Translations under genes and position numbers: made by a program
The notes under the pieces: model-generated
Database searches by the model: none
Seen by the model: only the letters and a program-made list of their open reading frames with translations
Told to the model about the DNA's origin: nothing
Shown here: positions 26,232-37,619 of the stretch, piece after piece
How positions within the stretch are numbered: the first letter of the stretch is position 1
How the letters are laid out: every line of letters begins with the position of its first letter
From: Octopus bimaculoides
Taxonomy: Eukaryota
DNA: 64,000 nt
Assembly: GCF_001194135.2 (NCBI RefSeq)
Contig: NC_068997.1
Location: 37,309,834-37,373,833 of the forward strand
Direction: 5' to 3'

Positions 26232-27113
26232 NNNNNNNNNNTATATATATATATATATATACACGTAATATTAATGGTTTCTTATTCAGAAGCTAATAGA
26301 TTTTATACGGGGCTGCAAAGAGAAGTGCTCAGAATAATTGAGACAAGAGTAAAATATTAGTTATAGAATAAAAACACTGGGTTAATGACTCAACGTATCA
26401 CACCCGCTCAATGAACATGTATAAGATATACAACATAATCCAACAAACATAAGGAATAAGAAGATATAACGTAAGAAAAATAATGTAAGAAGAAATAATA
26501 AATAAAAGAATAAGAAATATATAAAAAGTAAGATGCAAAGAAATAGAACATATAGTATAAAATTTTATACACGAATATATTGTTTCAACCGATAACATAC
26601 AAATGAAAAAAATTGAGTTAAATGTATAATACAATACACATAAATATCATTTCATAGAAGTTAAAATTAATACGAATAAAAAGAATAAAAATTTCAAATA
26701 TATAATATAATATAGGTGTATATAAAATAAAGTAAAATAAAATAAAGAAATGAGGTACCATAATGTAGTCCATCGGTTAAAAATCAAGGACAGAAATGAT
26801 TTAACACCATTTAGAGTTAGAGCACAAAGTTCTTCATCTCCCTCGGGCATATTTTACAACTAAAAAACAGTAGACACCAATAGGCAAGTCCGCACCAGTT
26901 AGGTATATACAAGAGTGAATGACAGGCACCCAGCAGGTATCAGCAGGTGAAACATGTAAAATTTAATTCCACTCACCATGTCCAAAAGTTCACAACACAT
27001 GGGTCAAAATGCAATTACAGCACCCAGCAGGTATCAATCAGTAAAATCAACACCTATGGCCATTTCGGGGGTACACCACTGTATTCTAAACACAATAGAG
27101 TGCAAACTGGTGA

Positions 27114-28762
27114 AATCTTTATTATAGGCATGAAGGCGTCATTACAAAGAGGGGGGACATTACAAGGACAGACAATACAATACAAAACGTGGGATACATA
27201 AAGTGAATGATGAAATGAAACGAGTAACTTACAATATGATGATCGAATGGCTTACGAGTCCCCCAAAGCTTGCAGTTTCATTTAACAGTTTTCTTATACA
27301 GTTCTTATTCAGTTTCTTTTATGGTTCATTTATGATTATATGTAGCCTCAACTCCTCCGTTGTTACGATGCTTGGCAAAGTGTTGTAGCCCACATACAAT
27401 CCACTTCAGTGGAAATTAAATCTGTTCGTTTCTCGCAGTTTCTTCGCTATACATTCTCCACCACTATTGCTTTTGTTTCTTCATCAAACGTTCCGGGTTC
27501 TAATTTCAGCCTTACCAATCCTTTTATTTTAGCTATTGTTTTTTCCGCTTCTGAATCCTTACTGTAGAAAAGTATTGTTCTAATATTTAAAAATCTGCCT
27601 TTCCGATTATTTTTCCTTCCGACTTCGCCTTTTCCTTCTGTTCCATCATCGCAGTCCACCAATTTACCCACTTCTCCTGTCTTGTCAAATGTTTTTCCTG
27701 CTTTGTGTCTTGGGTTCTGATCTCAGTTACGTTCTGTTCCTCACTATAATTTCCATCTTCCATCATCTTTTTTTTCTTTCCCCCTTTCTTTCTTTTTGGG
27801 GACTTTGGCGGCGATTCAGTCCGCATAGGTTTTTTTCTCCATGCTCCTCGGTCTCTTCCTGCTTTTCTTCTACATCCTCCTGTTTGGTCTCCACCATTTC
27901 CTCCTCACAGACCTTTGTTTCTTCTACTTCGTTTTCTTCTACAATTATCTCTCTTCAAGGACACGCTGCTTGCATGTGTCCTCTACTTCCGCATTTGTAG
28001 CATACGGGTTGCCTTCCCTCCACCACAATCCGCAGTCAAGTGTCATCGGGGAGCACTAATTCCTCTGCAATGTTATGTAGGTCCGGTGGGGTAATGTGGG
28101 TTAGAATTTCTACCCCAAAACCCCACCATTTGATTTCTTTTGACATTTGTAAATCACCGCTGCTACCAACCATTCCATGTCTATTTCTAGCGGTACTCTA
28201 CCAATTCTCACTCTCACCACCCTTCTACCACAATATACTGGTAAAAGGGCCCACTCTTCCGTTCTCAAAGGCATGGTAGAGTACTTCTTTGCTCCTTCCT
28301 CCGTCTTGAAATAAACCTTCACTGTTCCGTATTTCCTTCCTCTCATAAATAGTACCACTTCCTCCGTAATTTCTTTCTAACAATTCTCAATCACTTCTGT
28401 CTCCGCAATTTCGATTTTCTTGGAGCCAATATTCAACGTTTTATATGTAATAATTTTTCTCTCGACTTCCTCCATTATTTCTTTGGTTGGGTTAACCAGC
28501 AGACAGTCTCCTTCTTTCTTCAAATATTTAAAATCTCTCTTCAAATTTTCCATTTTCACATTCACTTCTCTCATTCCCATGTCGCTGGTCGGCCAGCCGC
28601 TGCCAGCTGCAGCTGCGTAGCTGGTAGTCATTTTAAACCACTACAGCAATGGCTTTCAACAACAAAACAATTCAAATAAAACGGTAACAATATAACAACA
28701 ATTCTTCAACAATTTTCTACAATGTATTTCTACTCACACGCTTCTTCAAAATATGACAACAC
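27114..28762 (-). mobile_element. ORF1-only non-LTR retroposon (L1/Tx1-like gag protein), 1649 bp, 16-bp TSD
   Basis: Perfect GAGTGCAAACTGGTGA at 27098-27113 and 28763-28778; 3' end AATAAAGATT; one disrupted ORF 28631-~27447; no endonuclease or RT motifs. Confidence 0.8.
27447..28631 (-). pseudogene. Disrupted ORF1p/gag-like protein with CCHC zinc knuckle and acidic/basic tail
   Basis: MTTSYAAAAG...RGRKYGTVKVYF...RVRIGRVP...IVVEGRQPVCYKCGSRGHMQAACP (Cx2Cx4Hx4C), then an E/K-rich tail; at least 3 in-frame stops and 2-3 frameshifts. Confidence 0.8.
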
Positions 28763-28949
28763 GAGTGCAAACTGGTGATGACCCCCTTGTCAGGGTAAAC
28801 TTACATACANNNNNNNNNNAGTTGCAGTTCACCGAGGTAATTCCCTTCTGCCAGCAGAAATTACCAATGTGTTTATTGGCACATTACACCGATTCTGATT
28901 CTTGATCTATATATTCAAGTCAATCCATTTTAAATGTTACATTAGGTCT

Positions 28950-29410
28950 ATGGAAAAATAAGATCTGTGCAGTGAACAGAGTAGCTTCTTGAGCACCTGA
29001 CATAGTTTTCTCTGTTGTCATGTATTGTCCCCAATGTAGATGTTGCAAGATTTAATGTTTTGGCAATATAACTTAGTTTTTCTCCCTCATGGTGTCTTTT
29101 TAAAACATCAAGCTTAATATGCAGCGTAATCCTTTTACAGTTCCATTTTGCATTAGTGTCCTCAGTTCTACTTGATAGCTTCTTTGCACGTATCTTAAAT
29201 TGAGGGTAAATCCAACAGCTACAGTGAAGTCTAATTATCCACAACAAATAGGGAGTAAAAAGAATTGGTCCACAAAAGATCTGTTTTGTGAGAGCAGAAA
29301 ATTGCCTTATTCCCATGAATGTAATAATGAGAATGAGATGAAAAGGTGGACTGAAAAAGAGAAAGTACTATATGATTATAGTTAGCAGATTTTATAGGCA
29401 AGTCATCCCT
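28950..29410 (-). mobile_element. 5' fragment of a different Tigger-like element (psq-type HTH)
   Basis: KRITLHIKLDVLKRHHEGEKLSYIAKTLNLATSTLGTIHDN in ORF 28948-29316. Confidence 0.7.
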
Positions 29411-29424
29411 TACACTTCTGGCAT

Positions 29425-29519
<95 letters not shown>

Positions 29520-29534
29520 TTGTATGTATATACA

Positions 29535-29938
29535 TACTCTTTTACTTGTTTCAGTCATTTGACTGTGGCCATGCCGGCGCACCGCCTTTAGTCGAACAAA
29601 TTGACCCCAGGACTTATTCTTTGGAAGCCTAGTACTTATTCTATCGTTCTCTTTTGCTGAACCACTAAGTTACGGGGACGTAAACATACCACCATCAGTT
29701 GTCAAGCAATGGTGGGGGGACAAACACAGACACACAAACATATACACACACATACATATATATAAATACATATATATGACGGACTTCCTTCAGTTTCCAT
29801 CTACCAAATCCACTCACAAGACATTGGTTGGCCCGAGGCTATAGTAGAAGACACTTGCCCACGGTGCCACGCAGTGGGAATGAACCCGGAACCATGTTGT
29901 TGGTAAGCAAGCTATTTACCACACGGCCACTCCTGCGC
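29535..29938 (-). mobile_element. Full-length SINE family A
   Basis: Head (reverse complement of GGAGTGGCCGTGTGG...GGTTCATTCC) at 29775-29938, tail 29535-29770. Confidence 0.8.
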
Positions 29939-29989
29939 TCAGACATACATGTAAATATATAGATAGATGCAAACATAGGTATACATGTA

Positions 29990-30290
29990 TGGTGAAGGTG
30001 CATGGCTTAGTTAGGGCATTCGACTCACGATTATAAGGTTGTAAGTTCAATTGCTGGCAACGTATTGTGTCCTTGAGCAAGACAACTTATTTCACATTGC
30101 TGCAGTCCACTCAGCTGGCAAAAATGAGTAGTACCCGTATTTCAAAAGGCCAGCCTTGTCACACTCTGTGTCATGCTGAATCTCCCTGAGAACTAAGTTA
30201 AGGGTACATGTGTCTGTGGAATGACGTGCAAGCTGTTCCATTGATCGTATCAGCTGGGACCCTCGTCGTCATAACTGATGGAGTGCTCCT
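29990..30290 (+). mobile_element. SINE related to family B
   Basis: Matches 18315-18627. Confidence 0.65.
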
Positions 30291-30394
30291 ATACATGTAT
30301 GCATATGTACATCCATACATACATATATAACAAGCTTCTTTCAGTTTCTGTCTATAAAATCCTCTCACAAGGCTTTGACTGCTCTGGAAGTATA

Positions 30395-30900
30395 ATAGCC
30401 AGGGTAAGAAAGGGTTAGAAGAACCACTACTGCTGCTGGAAACAAAGGTCTTTCCCCTCAGAGTTGAGGGCAGATTATATGATGCTTGTGTTAGAACTGC
30501 AATATTGTATGACGATAGTGAAGCATCGGTTTTCAATGCAGAGGAAGTAATTAGAAATAAATAAACTTGCATGTTTAATTGGATATAAGTGTATATGGAC
30601 AACAAAGTACAAATCTGTTGAGAGAAAAACTGGGCATATGAGGAGTCAGACATGTAAGAAAGAAGATTGCTCTAGTATGGACATGTGATGCATATGGATA
30701 AGCACAGCTGCACAAATAAGTGACAATCAGTTAATGTAGGTAGAGTGTGTGGATGAAGGACACCCAGGAAATCATGGGACAAAAGGGTGGCAACTAATCT
30801 CAGGAGCTCAAACCTCATGGAGCAGATGACAAAGCATTAGGATGACTGATGATATGAGGTTTTTGAGAAGACCTGCCCATCTCAGTGAAACTGTTTCTGG
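30395..30900 (+). mobile_element. RTE-X LINE 3' coding fragment
   Basis: LLETKVFPLRVEGRLYDACVRTAILY, WYGHV-like and GxPRKSW-like relics. Confidence 0.65.
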
Positions 30901-31779
30901 AAGCACAATGTGTGTATATGCTCATAACTGGGTCCCTTGCCCAATTTTCTCCTCAAAACCTCTTTGCTAGCCATCATCACTCTAATTGCAATATTCTGCT
31001 GCTGTAACTAAATGTGATCAGAACTGCATATTTTCCCAGCTTTTCCTTGATACAATTTAGCCTTCGCACTACCCAGATTCATTTCACTTGATATCAATCC
31101 TTTATGCCATTCCATGCACAGTTCACATTTTCACAGTTTTGCTCTTTCTCCATATGTCTCCCACTTCCCCGTGCACTATATCTGCTTCTCTTCATAATCT
31201 TGCAACCTAACCAACCTCATGTTATTTCTCTCTCCTCCCAGGTCATGTGTATCCTTGGTATTCCTTATTCATCATTCACTACGTGCACCTCACAACCATA
31301 TTAATCTCTTCCCTTGTTACCTACTTTTCCCTATCTTTCCTACTTATCATCTAGCACTTGTTCTTCATTCAATAAATTTTCCCCTCATCTAGTTTCCCAT
31401 CCCTAACTATCTCTCACTCTCCCATACACTCTTGCAAATCTTACCTACCAACACTAATTGTTCCATCTCTACTCACTCCATACTTTAAGGAGGCAACCTA
31501 GCACCTCATCACTATTCTATCTCTTTCTAGCTATATCTGTCACTCCCACTCTCTCTTCTGTAATATTAGTTACCTTATAGCTCCTATACAGCAAGAAACT
31601 TGTTCTGTTCTGGCCTCTTCTCTCTCCTCATCTCCTAGCAAAAAGATACTCTCATCTCTACAGTAATCCTCTTCAACTGAAGGGGCCTTAGTCTATCAAG
31701 CTGTATTGTGGCCTCACTGGTGCTGGTGTCATGAAAAATGTATATTTATGTCAGATAGACAAAAATTATCACCCATCAG

Positions 31780-31950
31780 ATCTACAAGGATGCTGTCTCT
31801 GCTATACAAAACTTGTTAAAGTGGACAATGTTACAGGCTAATACAGAATATGATCTTTTTCTCTCCTGCTATTAGCATGTGGAACAAACTTCAAGAAAAT
31901 ACAATTGGAATAGTCTTACTCCTTTGTAATTCAAACTTTCAAAGGTTTCC
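31780..31950 (+). mobile_element. L2/CR1-like LINE 3' end relic
   Basis: FFSPAISMWNKL resembles the FFPRAIRLWNSL terminal motif. Confidence 0.35.
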
Positions 31951-32047
31951 TGTTGGCACCTTGATTGTACTCATTGATCCAAAGTTCCCACATACACACA
32001 TTGTGTGTATATATATTGTTTTTGATACACACACTTCACATACATAT

Positions 32048-32129
<82 letters not shown>

Positions 32130-32289
32130 GCGTTCAGTTTATGCAAGTTTATCCAGTTGCTTGTTATTCTTTCACTCTTTGATGTATAGTAGGTTTTATT
32201 GACATAAAAATGTGAATTTTTGTTTGTGTGTGTGTTTGTGCTTAGCGGTGTTTGTCTGAGTATGTGTATATGAGTACATCTGTGTTTAT

Positions 32290-32620
32290 GTATGTTCTCT
32301 TCTGTTTTTACTTATTCAAAGGCTTCCTCTTCACTGGTTTCTAACAAAGATGTAAAGTTCCATCATTGGAATGTAGATAACAAAAACAATGTCACATTTA
32401 AATTTGAGGAAAGTGTTGCATATTTTTACTGTTCCACTTATATTTGTAATGTGCATGTTAGTTGGTTAATTTCTTATTGAGATTGTCACTTTGGCATTTA
32501 CTCACAAAACCAAGTGTACCAATTATTATTGGTATAAATGATAAATGTGAATATTTAATCTGAATAAGGAGCTAGAGGTGTCATAGCGGTTGTCCATAGT
32601 TATCCTTTTCCTCCAAACAT
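32290..32620 (-). mobile_element. R4/Dong-like RLE-LINE 3' end fragment
   Basis: PIIIGTLGFVSKC motif; homologous to 53540-53900. Confidence 0.5.
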
Positions 32621-33217
32621 GTCTTTGTTTTTTAGCATTGTATGTCTATATGAGATGCTTTTTCATGATGAATACTACATGTTGTTGCTTTCTACAGCAT
32701 ATAAGTAAGGTTTACAGAACTAACACTTCTTCTGTCATGAATATATGTCATTATCATTTAATGTCTACTTTCCTTGCTGGCAAGAGTTGGATGATGTGAC
32801 AGGAAACTAGAGAGCTGCAGAGCTGTGTTGAGCTATAATGTCACCTTTGGCACAGCTTCTATGGTTGGATGCCCTTCTTAATGCCAACCATTTAACAGAG
32901 TGCACTGGGTTCTTTCTTATGCCACCAGCATGAGGGAGGTAGCCATGTAACTTGCAAAACAGAAAAGAACAGGGAAAACAGAAAAGGGGGGAAAATTTCC
33001 CATTTTGGAAAAGAAGTATTTCAGTGGGGAAGGTGGAGATGGGTGGCTTTATTCTAGGTGTTGAAATGCTACAGTATGAGAGATGGACATTTGCCGTTGA
33101 ATTAATTACATCAACAAAGCTCCATGCTCTTGGTTATCTTCAAAAAGGTAAATTGCACAGCATGCTCTTCACATCTGTACACAATGCATCACTGCAGATG
33201 ACTGGCACAACCTATAA

Positions 33218-33274
<57 letters not shown>

Positions 33275-33913
33275 NNNNNNNNNNNNNNNNNNNNNNNNNN
33301 NNNNNNNNNNNNNNNNNNNNNNNNNNNNNNNNNNNNNNNNNNNNNNNNNNNNNNNNNNNNNNNNNNNNNNNNNNNNNNNNNNNNNNNNNNNNNNNNNNNN
33401 NNNNNNNNNNNNNNNNNNNNNNNNNNNNNNNNNNNNNNNNNNNNNNNNNNNNNNNNNNNNNNNNNNNNNNNNNNNNNNNNNNNNNNNNNNNNNNNNNNNN
33501 NNNNNNNNNNNNNNNNNNNNNNNNNNNNNNNNNNNNNNNNNNNNNNNNNNNNNNNNNNNNNNNNNNNNNNNNNNNNNNNNNNNNNNNNNNNNNNNNNNNN
33601 NNNNNNNNNNNNNNNNNNNNNNNNNNNNNNNNNNNNNNNNNNNNNNNNNNNNNNNNNNNNNNNNNNNNNNNNNNNNNNNNNNNNNNNNNNNNNNNNNNNN
33701 NNNNNNNNNNNNNNNNNNNNNNNNNNNNNNNNNNNNNNNNNNNNNNNNNNNNNNNNNNNNNNNNNNNNNNNNNNNNNNNNNNNNNNNNNNNNNNNNNNNN
33801 NNNNNNNNNNNNNNNNNNNNNNNNNNNNNNNNNNNNNNNNNNNNNNNNNNNNNNNNNNNNNNNNNNNNNNNNNNNNNNNNNNNNNNNNNNNNNNNNNNNN
33901 NNNNNNNNNNNNN

Positions 33914-33954
<41 letters not shown>

Positions 33955-33961
33955 ATGTATG

Positions 33962-33994
<33 letters not shown>

Positions 33995-34002
33995 ATGTAT
34001 AT

Positions 34003-34957
34003 ATATATTATCGGAAAAATATAGTATTAAATAGCAATCGTGGCTGATCTTCTCAATTGGTTTCACATAAAGAATACAATGTGTTAGGTAACAATCTGAT
34101 TATATAACTATACACTCATCAGAGTTAGTCTATATGGAAGGGAATATGGAAGGGCGACTGCTCTCTATTTTCGGAGGTGGATTGGCACAACTGGTCAGCG
34201 GCTGCTGTGAAAAAGGTGGTGAAACGGAAAAGGGGTCAGGGGATTAGATTAGGAGTTATGTCCCTCGGTTGGGTATACTGTAAAGCCAGCAAAGGTTATC
34301 TTGAAGTGGGGAAAGTGTGTATTATTAATGTGGTGCCCCTGCAGGGATGAGATGTGTGATACAGGGTGTGTGTTATGTGTAGCAGTATCATATGTATAAA
34401 TTTTTCTGTGGGTGTAGGTATATATAGCTATGCTTGTTGGTCTGTTTTCTTCTGTAAAGGATAAAGTTGTGGGTGTGTCTTATGCACACTAACATAAGAC
34501 ACCCGCATGACTTTATCCATTACAGAAAGAAAACTGACCAACGAACATAGCTATATATACCTACATCCCTGGAAAAATTGTACATATGGCATCACTACAT
34601 ATACCACACATCCCATCCCTGCAGGGGCAGCACATTACTAATACACACTTTTCCCACTTCAAGATAACTCTTGCTGGCTTCACAGTATACCCAACCAAGG
34701 GACATAACTCCTAACCTAATCCCCTGGCCCGTTCTTCGTTTCAACACCTTTTCACAGTAGCCGCTGACTGGTTCTGCCAATCCACCTCTGACAATAGAGA
34801 AGAGTCGCCATATTTCCTTCCATATCAGTTAACTCTGATGAGCGTAAAGTTATATAATCAGATTGTTACCTAACATTTCATTGTATTCTTTACGTCAAAC
34901 TGATTGGTAAGATCACCCATGATGGGTATTTAATACTATACATTTTGGATAATATAT
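34003..34957. repeat. ~950-bp head-to-head palindrome of a Penelope-like 3' end
   Basis: Arms 34003-34484 and 34493-34957 are reverse complements around an 8-nt loop (TGTCTTATG-CACACTAA-CATAAGACA); each arm carries a decayed hammerhead. Confidence 0.9.
34826..34916 (+). ncRNA. Degenerate hammerhead motif (mirror copy on minus strand ~34044-34130)
   Basis: CTGATGA-GCGTAAAG...CTTTACGT-CAAAC-TGATTG-GTA; the mirror keeps GAAAC but has lost GTA; the consensus gives a canonical core with palindromic stem III. Confidence 0.5.
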
Positions 34958-35306
34958 CCACTCTACTGACAGATATATGAGTATACATACATACATACAT
35001 ACATACATATAGATCCATATCTATTCAGTGTTGACTGAGTACTCAATATATTATAAAGATTAATAATATTTTTACAACTTATCTGAATACCCTGTGCATC
35101 CACAAATGAAACTAAGAGCAGCAAGAAACAGACTCAACAAAAGTAGATACATGTGTGTGTGTGTGTTTGTATGCATGTGTATGAACTGCTTGACAATATA
35201 AATATATACACACACATACCCACGCACATTCAATATTGTATACTCTCTGATGGTTACTTGTGCGATTATGACTATTGATCAAGTATATATTTATGCATGT
35301 GTGTAT

Positions 35307-35308
<2 letters not shown>

Positions 35309-35378
<70 letters not shown>
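35309..35378. repeat. (GA)n microsatellite
   Basis: Direct reading. Confidence 0.95.
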
Positions 35379-35382
<4 letters not shown>

Positions 35383-36029
35383 GACAGAGATACAAAAATA
35401 TTGCATGAGAATGATTTAATCTCAATTACTTCAAGGGCATAATAGCTTAATTTTAGGATCTATATTGCTACTTGGTCTGTGTCCATATATGAAACTTTAT
35501 TGAATGTGCAAATTAATCTAACATTCTTTTATTTCAATTGAATCTGTGATAAATTAGAACGTTTTCTTTTATTTATACAATACAAATTATTTGTCTTGTT
35601 AATGACATAATATAGTAATTCATTTAAACAGAGTAAATACCTGTGATAAATATTTCAGAAATCAATGACCTTAATTACAGGAAAGGTTAAATAGATTATA
35701 GATATGCTTTAAACCAGTTACTTGAATGTGATACTGCAAATAGTTGGTAATCAACAGTTAACAATACTATATAATAAAAGCATATTTGCTTTAAAATTAG
35801 CTTAGTCCATTTCTGAAAAAACATTACTTTAGTAAATTCATGAGGTGGTCTATTTTTTAAAGTCTTTCATTACCATATTTCTCTTGAAATCCCCTCCCTA
35901 TTTTTAAAATTAAATTTGAAAATGATGAAGAATTTAGTAAAATAACTTTGTTATTATTAAGCTGGTGTTTGGAACATAAATTAACTGCACTATTCCAAAG
36001 GTCCCAGCTATCCTGTCTAGAGTAAGGAC

Positions 36030-36320
36030 CATGTAATGCAGCAGCTTGGGATTCAAGGGCCCAAAGTTATTTAATGCCTTGCCAAAACATATGAGGGGTT
36101 TTCATGGAACAAGAGTAGATGTTTTCAAGAAACTTCTTGATCTCCTGCTGTCCAGCGTCCCATATGAATATATATCTTGGCAAGAAACTCAAAAGAGGGC
36201 AGCAGTATCAAACTGTCTCTTTCACCAAAATCTAGTTGCATAAGAATGGCCAATGAAAAGGTGATTACACTGGAGATTCTCCAGCATGGACACAGCCTTT
36301 GGGCTGAAATGTATAAAAGA
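36030..36320 (+). mobile_element. CR1-like LINE 3' end
   Basis: SLGFKGPKLFNALPKHMRG...DVFKKLLDLLLSSVPYE. Confidence 0.7.
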
Positions 36321-36837
36321 ATGAAAGAATAAAAAGAAATTTGGAATAAAGTTTTATAAGTTAGATCACTTAAAACAGGAAATTTGTATCATAGAACTGT
36401 ATCGTAGGACTGTCTCAGGCAGGTTAGTATCAAAAGGATTCAAAATTCTCTTGATTTACAACTATCATGCTTAGTGACATTCACTCAACTTTGAAGTCAC
36501 CTTTGCCTAAAGAAAATTTTCAGCAATTTCTATTATAAATAATTTAATGAAAAATTTGTTTCACATTAGCAACTCTAGCTAAATGAAATAAAAGAAATCT
36601 CAGCTTTTGTCTTTTCAAACTTCCAAACCATTGACATGTCCAATCTTCTCCTCCTCCTTCTTCTTCACTTGAGCAACATGAAATTAAATGCTTTGATAAA
36701 AGAAAATGCAATGCATTGCCCAGTCAAAGAGTTGCAACCACAATCCTACAATCATGAATGCAGCACCCTAACCACTGGGCTCTGCACCTCAANNNNNNNN
36801 NNGAGTGCAGCACCCTAACCACTGGGCTCTGCACCTC

Positions 36838-36870
<33 letters not shown>

Positions 36871-36984
36871 ATGTGTATGTATATATGAACATGTATGTAT
36901 ATATGCATACAAACATATATATACCCCCCACATATATATACACACACATGTATACAGATGTGTATATATGCATATGTGCTGTGC

Positions 36985-37305
36985 GTGACAAGACCCGGCA
37001 AGCTAAGTAAGATCGTTGCCAGTGCCCCTGGACTGGCTCTTGTGCGGGTGGCACATGAGATGCACCATTTTGAGCGTGGCCGTTGCCAGTACCGCCTGAC
37101 TGGCTCCCGTAGGATTTTCGAGTGAGATCGTTGCCAGTGACACTGGACTGGCTTGTGCGGGTGGCACATAAAAGACACCATTTCAAGCGTGGCCGTTTTC
37201 GTGCGGGTGAAACGTAAAAGCACCCACTACACTCTCTGAGTGGTTGGCGTTAGGAAGGGCATCCAGCTGTAGAAACTCTGCCAAATTAGATTGGAGCCTG
37301 GTGTT
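36985..37305 (+). mobile_element. RTE-X-like 3' UTR fragment
   Basis: Reverse complement of 19762-20095; ends GGTTGGCGTTAGGAAGGGCATCCAGCTGTAG. Confidence 0.65.
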
Positions 37306-37559
37306 NNNNNNNNNNNNNNNNNNNNNNNNNNNNNNNNNNNNNNNNNNNNNNNNNNNNNNNNNNNNNNNNNNNNNNNNNNNNNNNNNNNNNNNNNNNNNNN
37401 NNNNNNNNNNNNNNNNNNNNNNNNNNNNNNNNNNNNNNNNNNNNNNNNNNNNNNNNNNNNNNNNNNNNNNNNNNNNNNNNNNNNNNNNNNNNNNNNNNNN
37501 NNNNNNNNNNNNNNNNNNNNNNNNNNNNNNNNNNNNNNNNNNNNNNNNNNNNNNNNNNN

Positions 37560-37604
<45 letters not shown>

Positions 37605-37619
37605 CCTCAGCCTACTCAC

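Noticed and set aside
26915-26965. GAAAC-AT-GTA half-hammerhead
   Set aside because: Upstream core is TGAATGA rather than CTGATGA and the stems do not close.
28763-28808. Possible U1 snRNA or C/D snoRNA target
   Set aside because: Only TTGCACTC or GTGATGA match; the rest does not align.
32952-34066. Long ORFs of 259-360 aa (also 19208-20160, 44458-45711, 49622-50383)
   Set aside because: Open only because of N runs and (TA)n.
36379-36425. Plus-strand 44-nt exon candidate EICIIELYRRTVSG
   Set aside because: Overlaps a terminal sequence similar to 12460-12486, so likely a transposon end.
36760-36835. Apparent tandem duplication across a 10-N gap
   Set aside because: Near-identical sequence on both sides of a nominal gap is typical of unmerged contig overlap.
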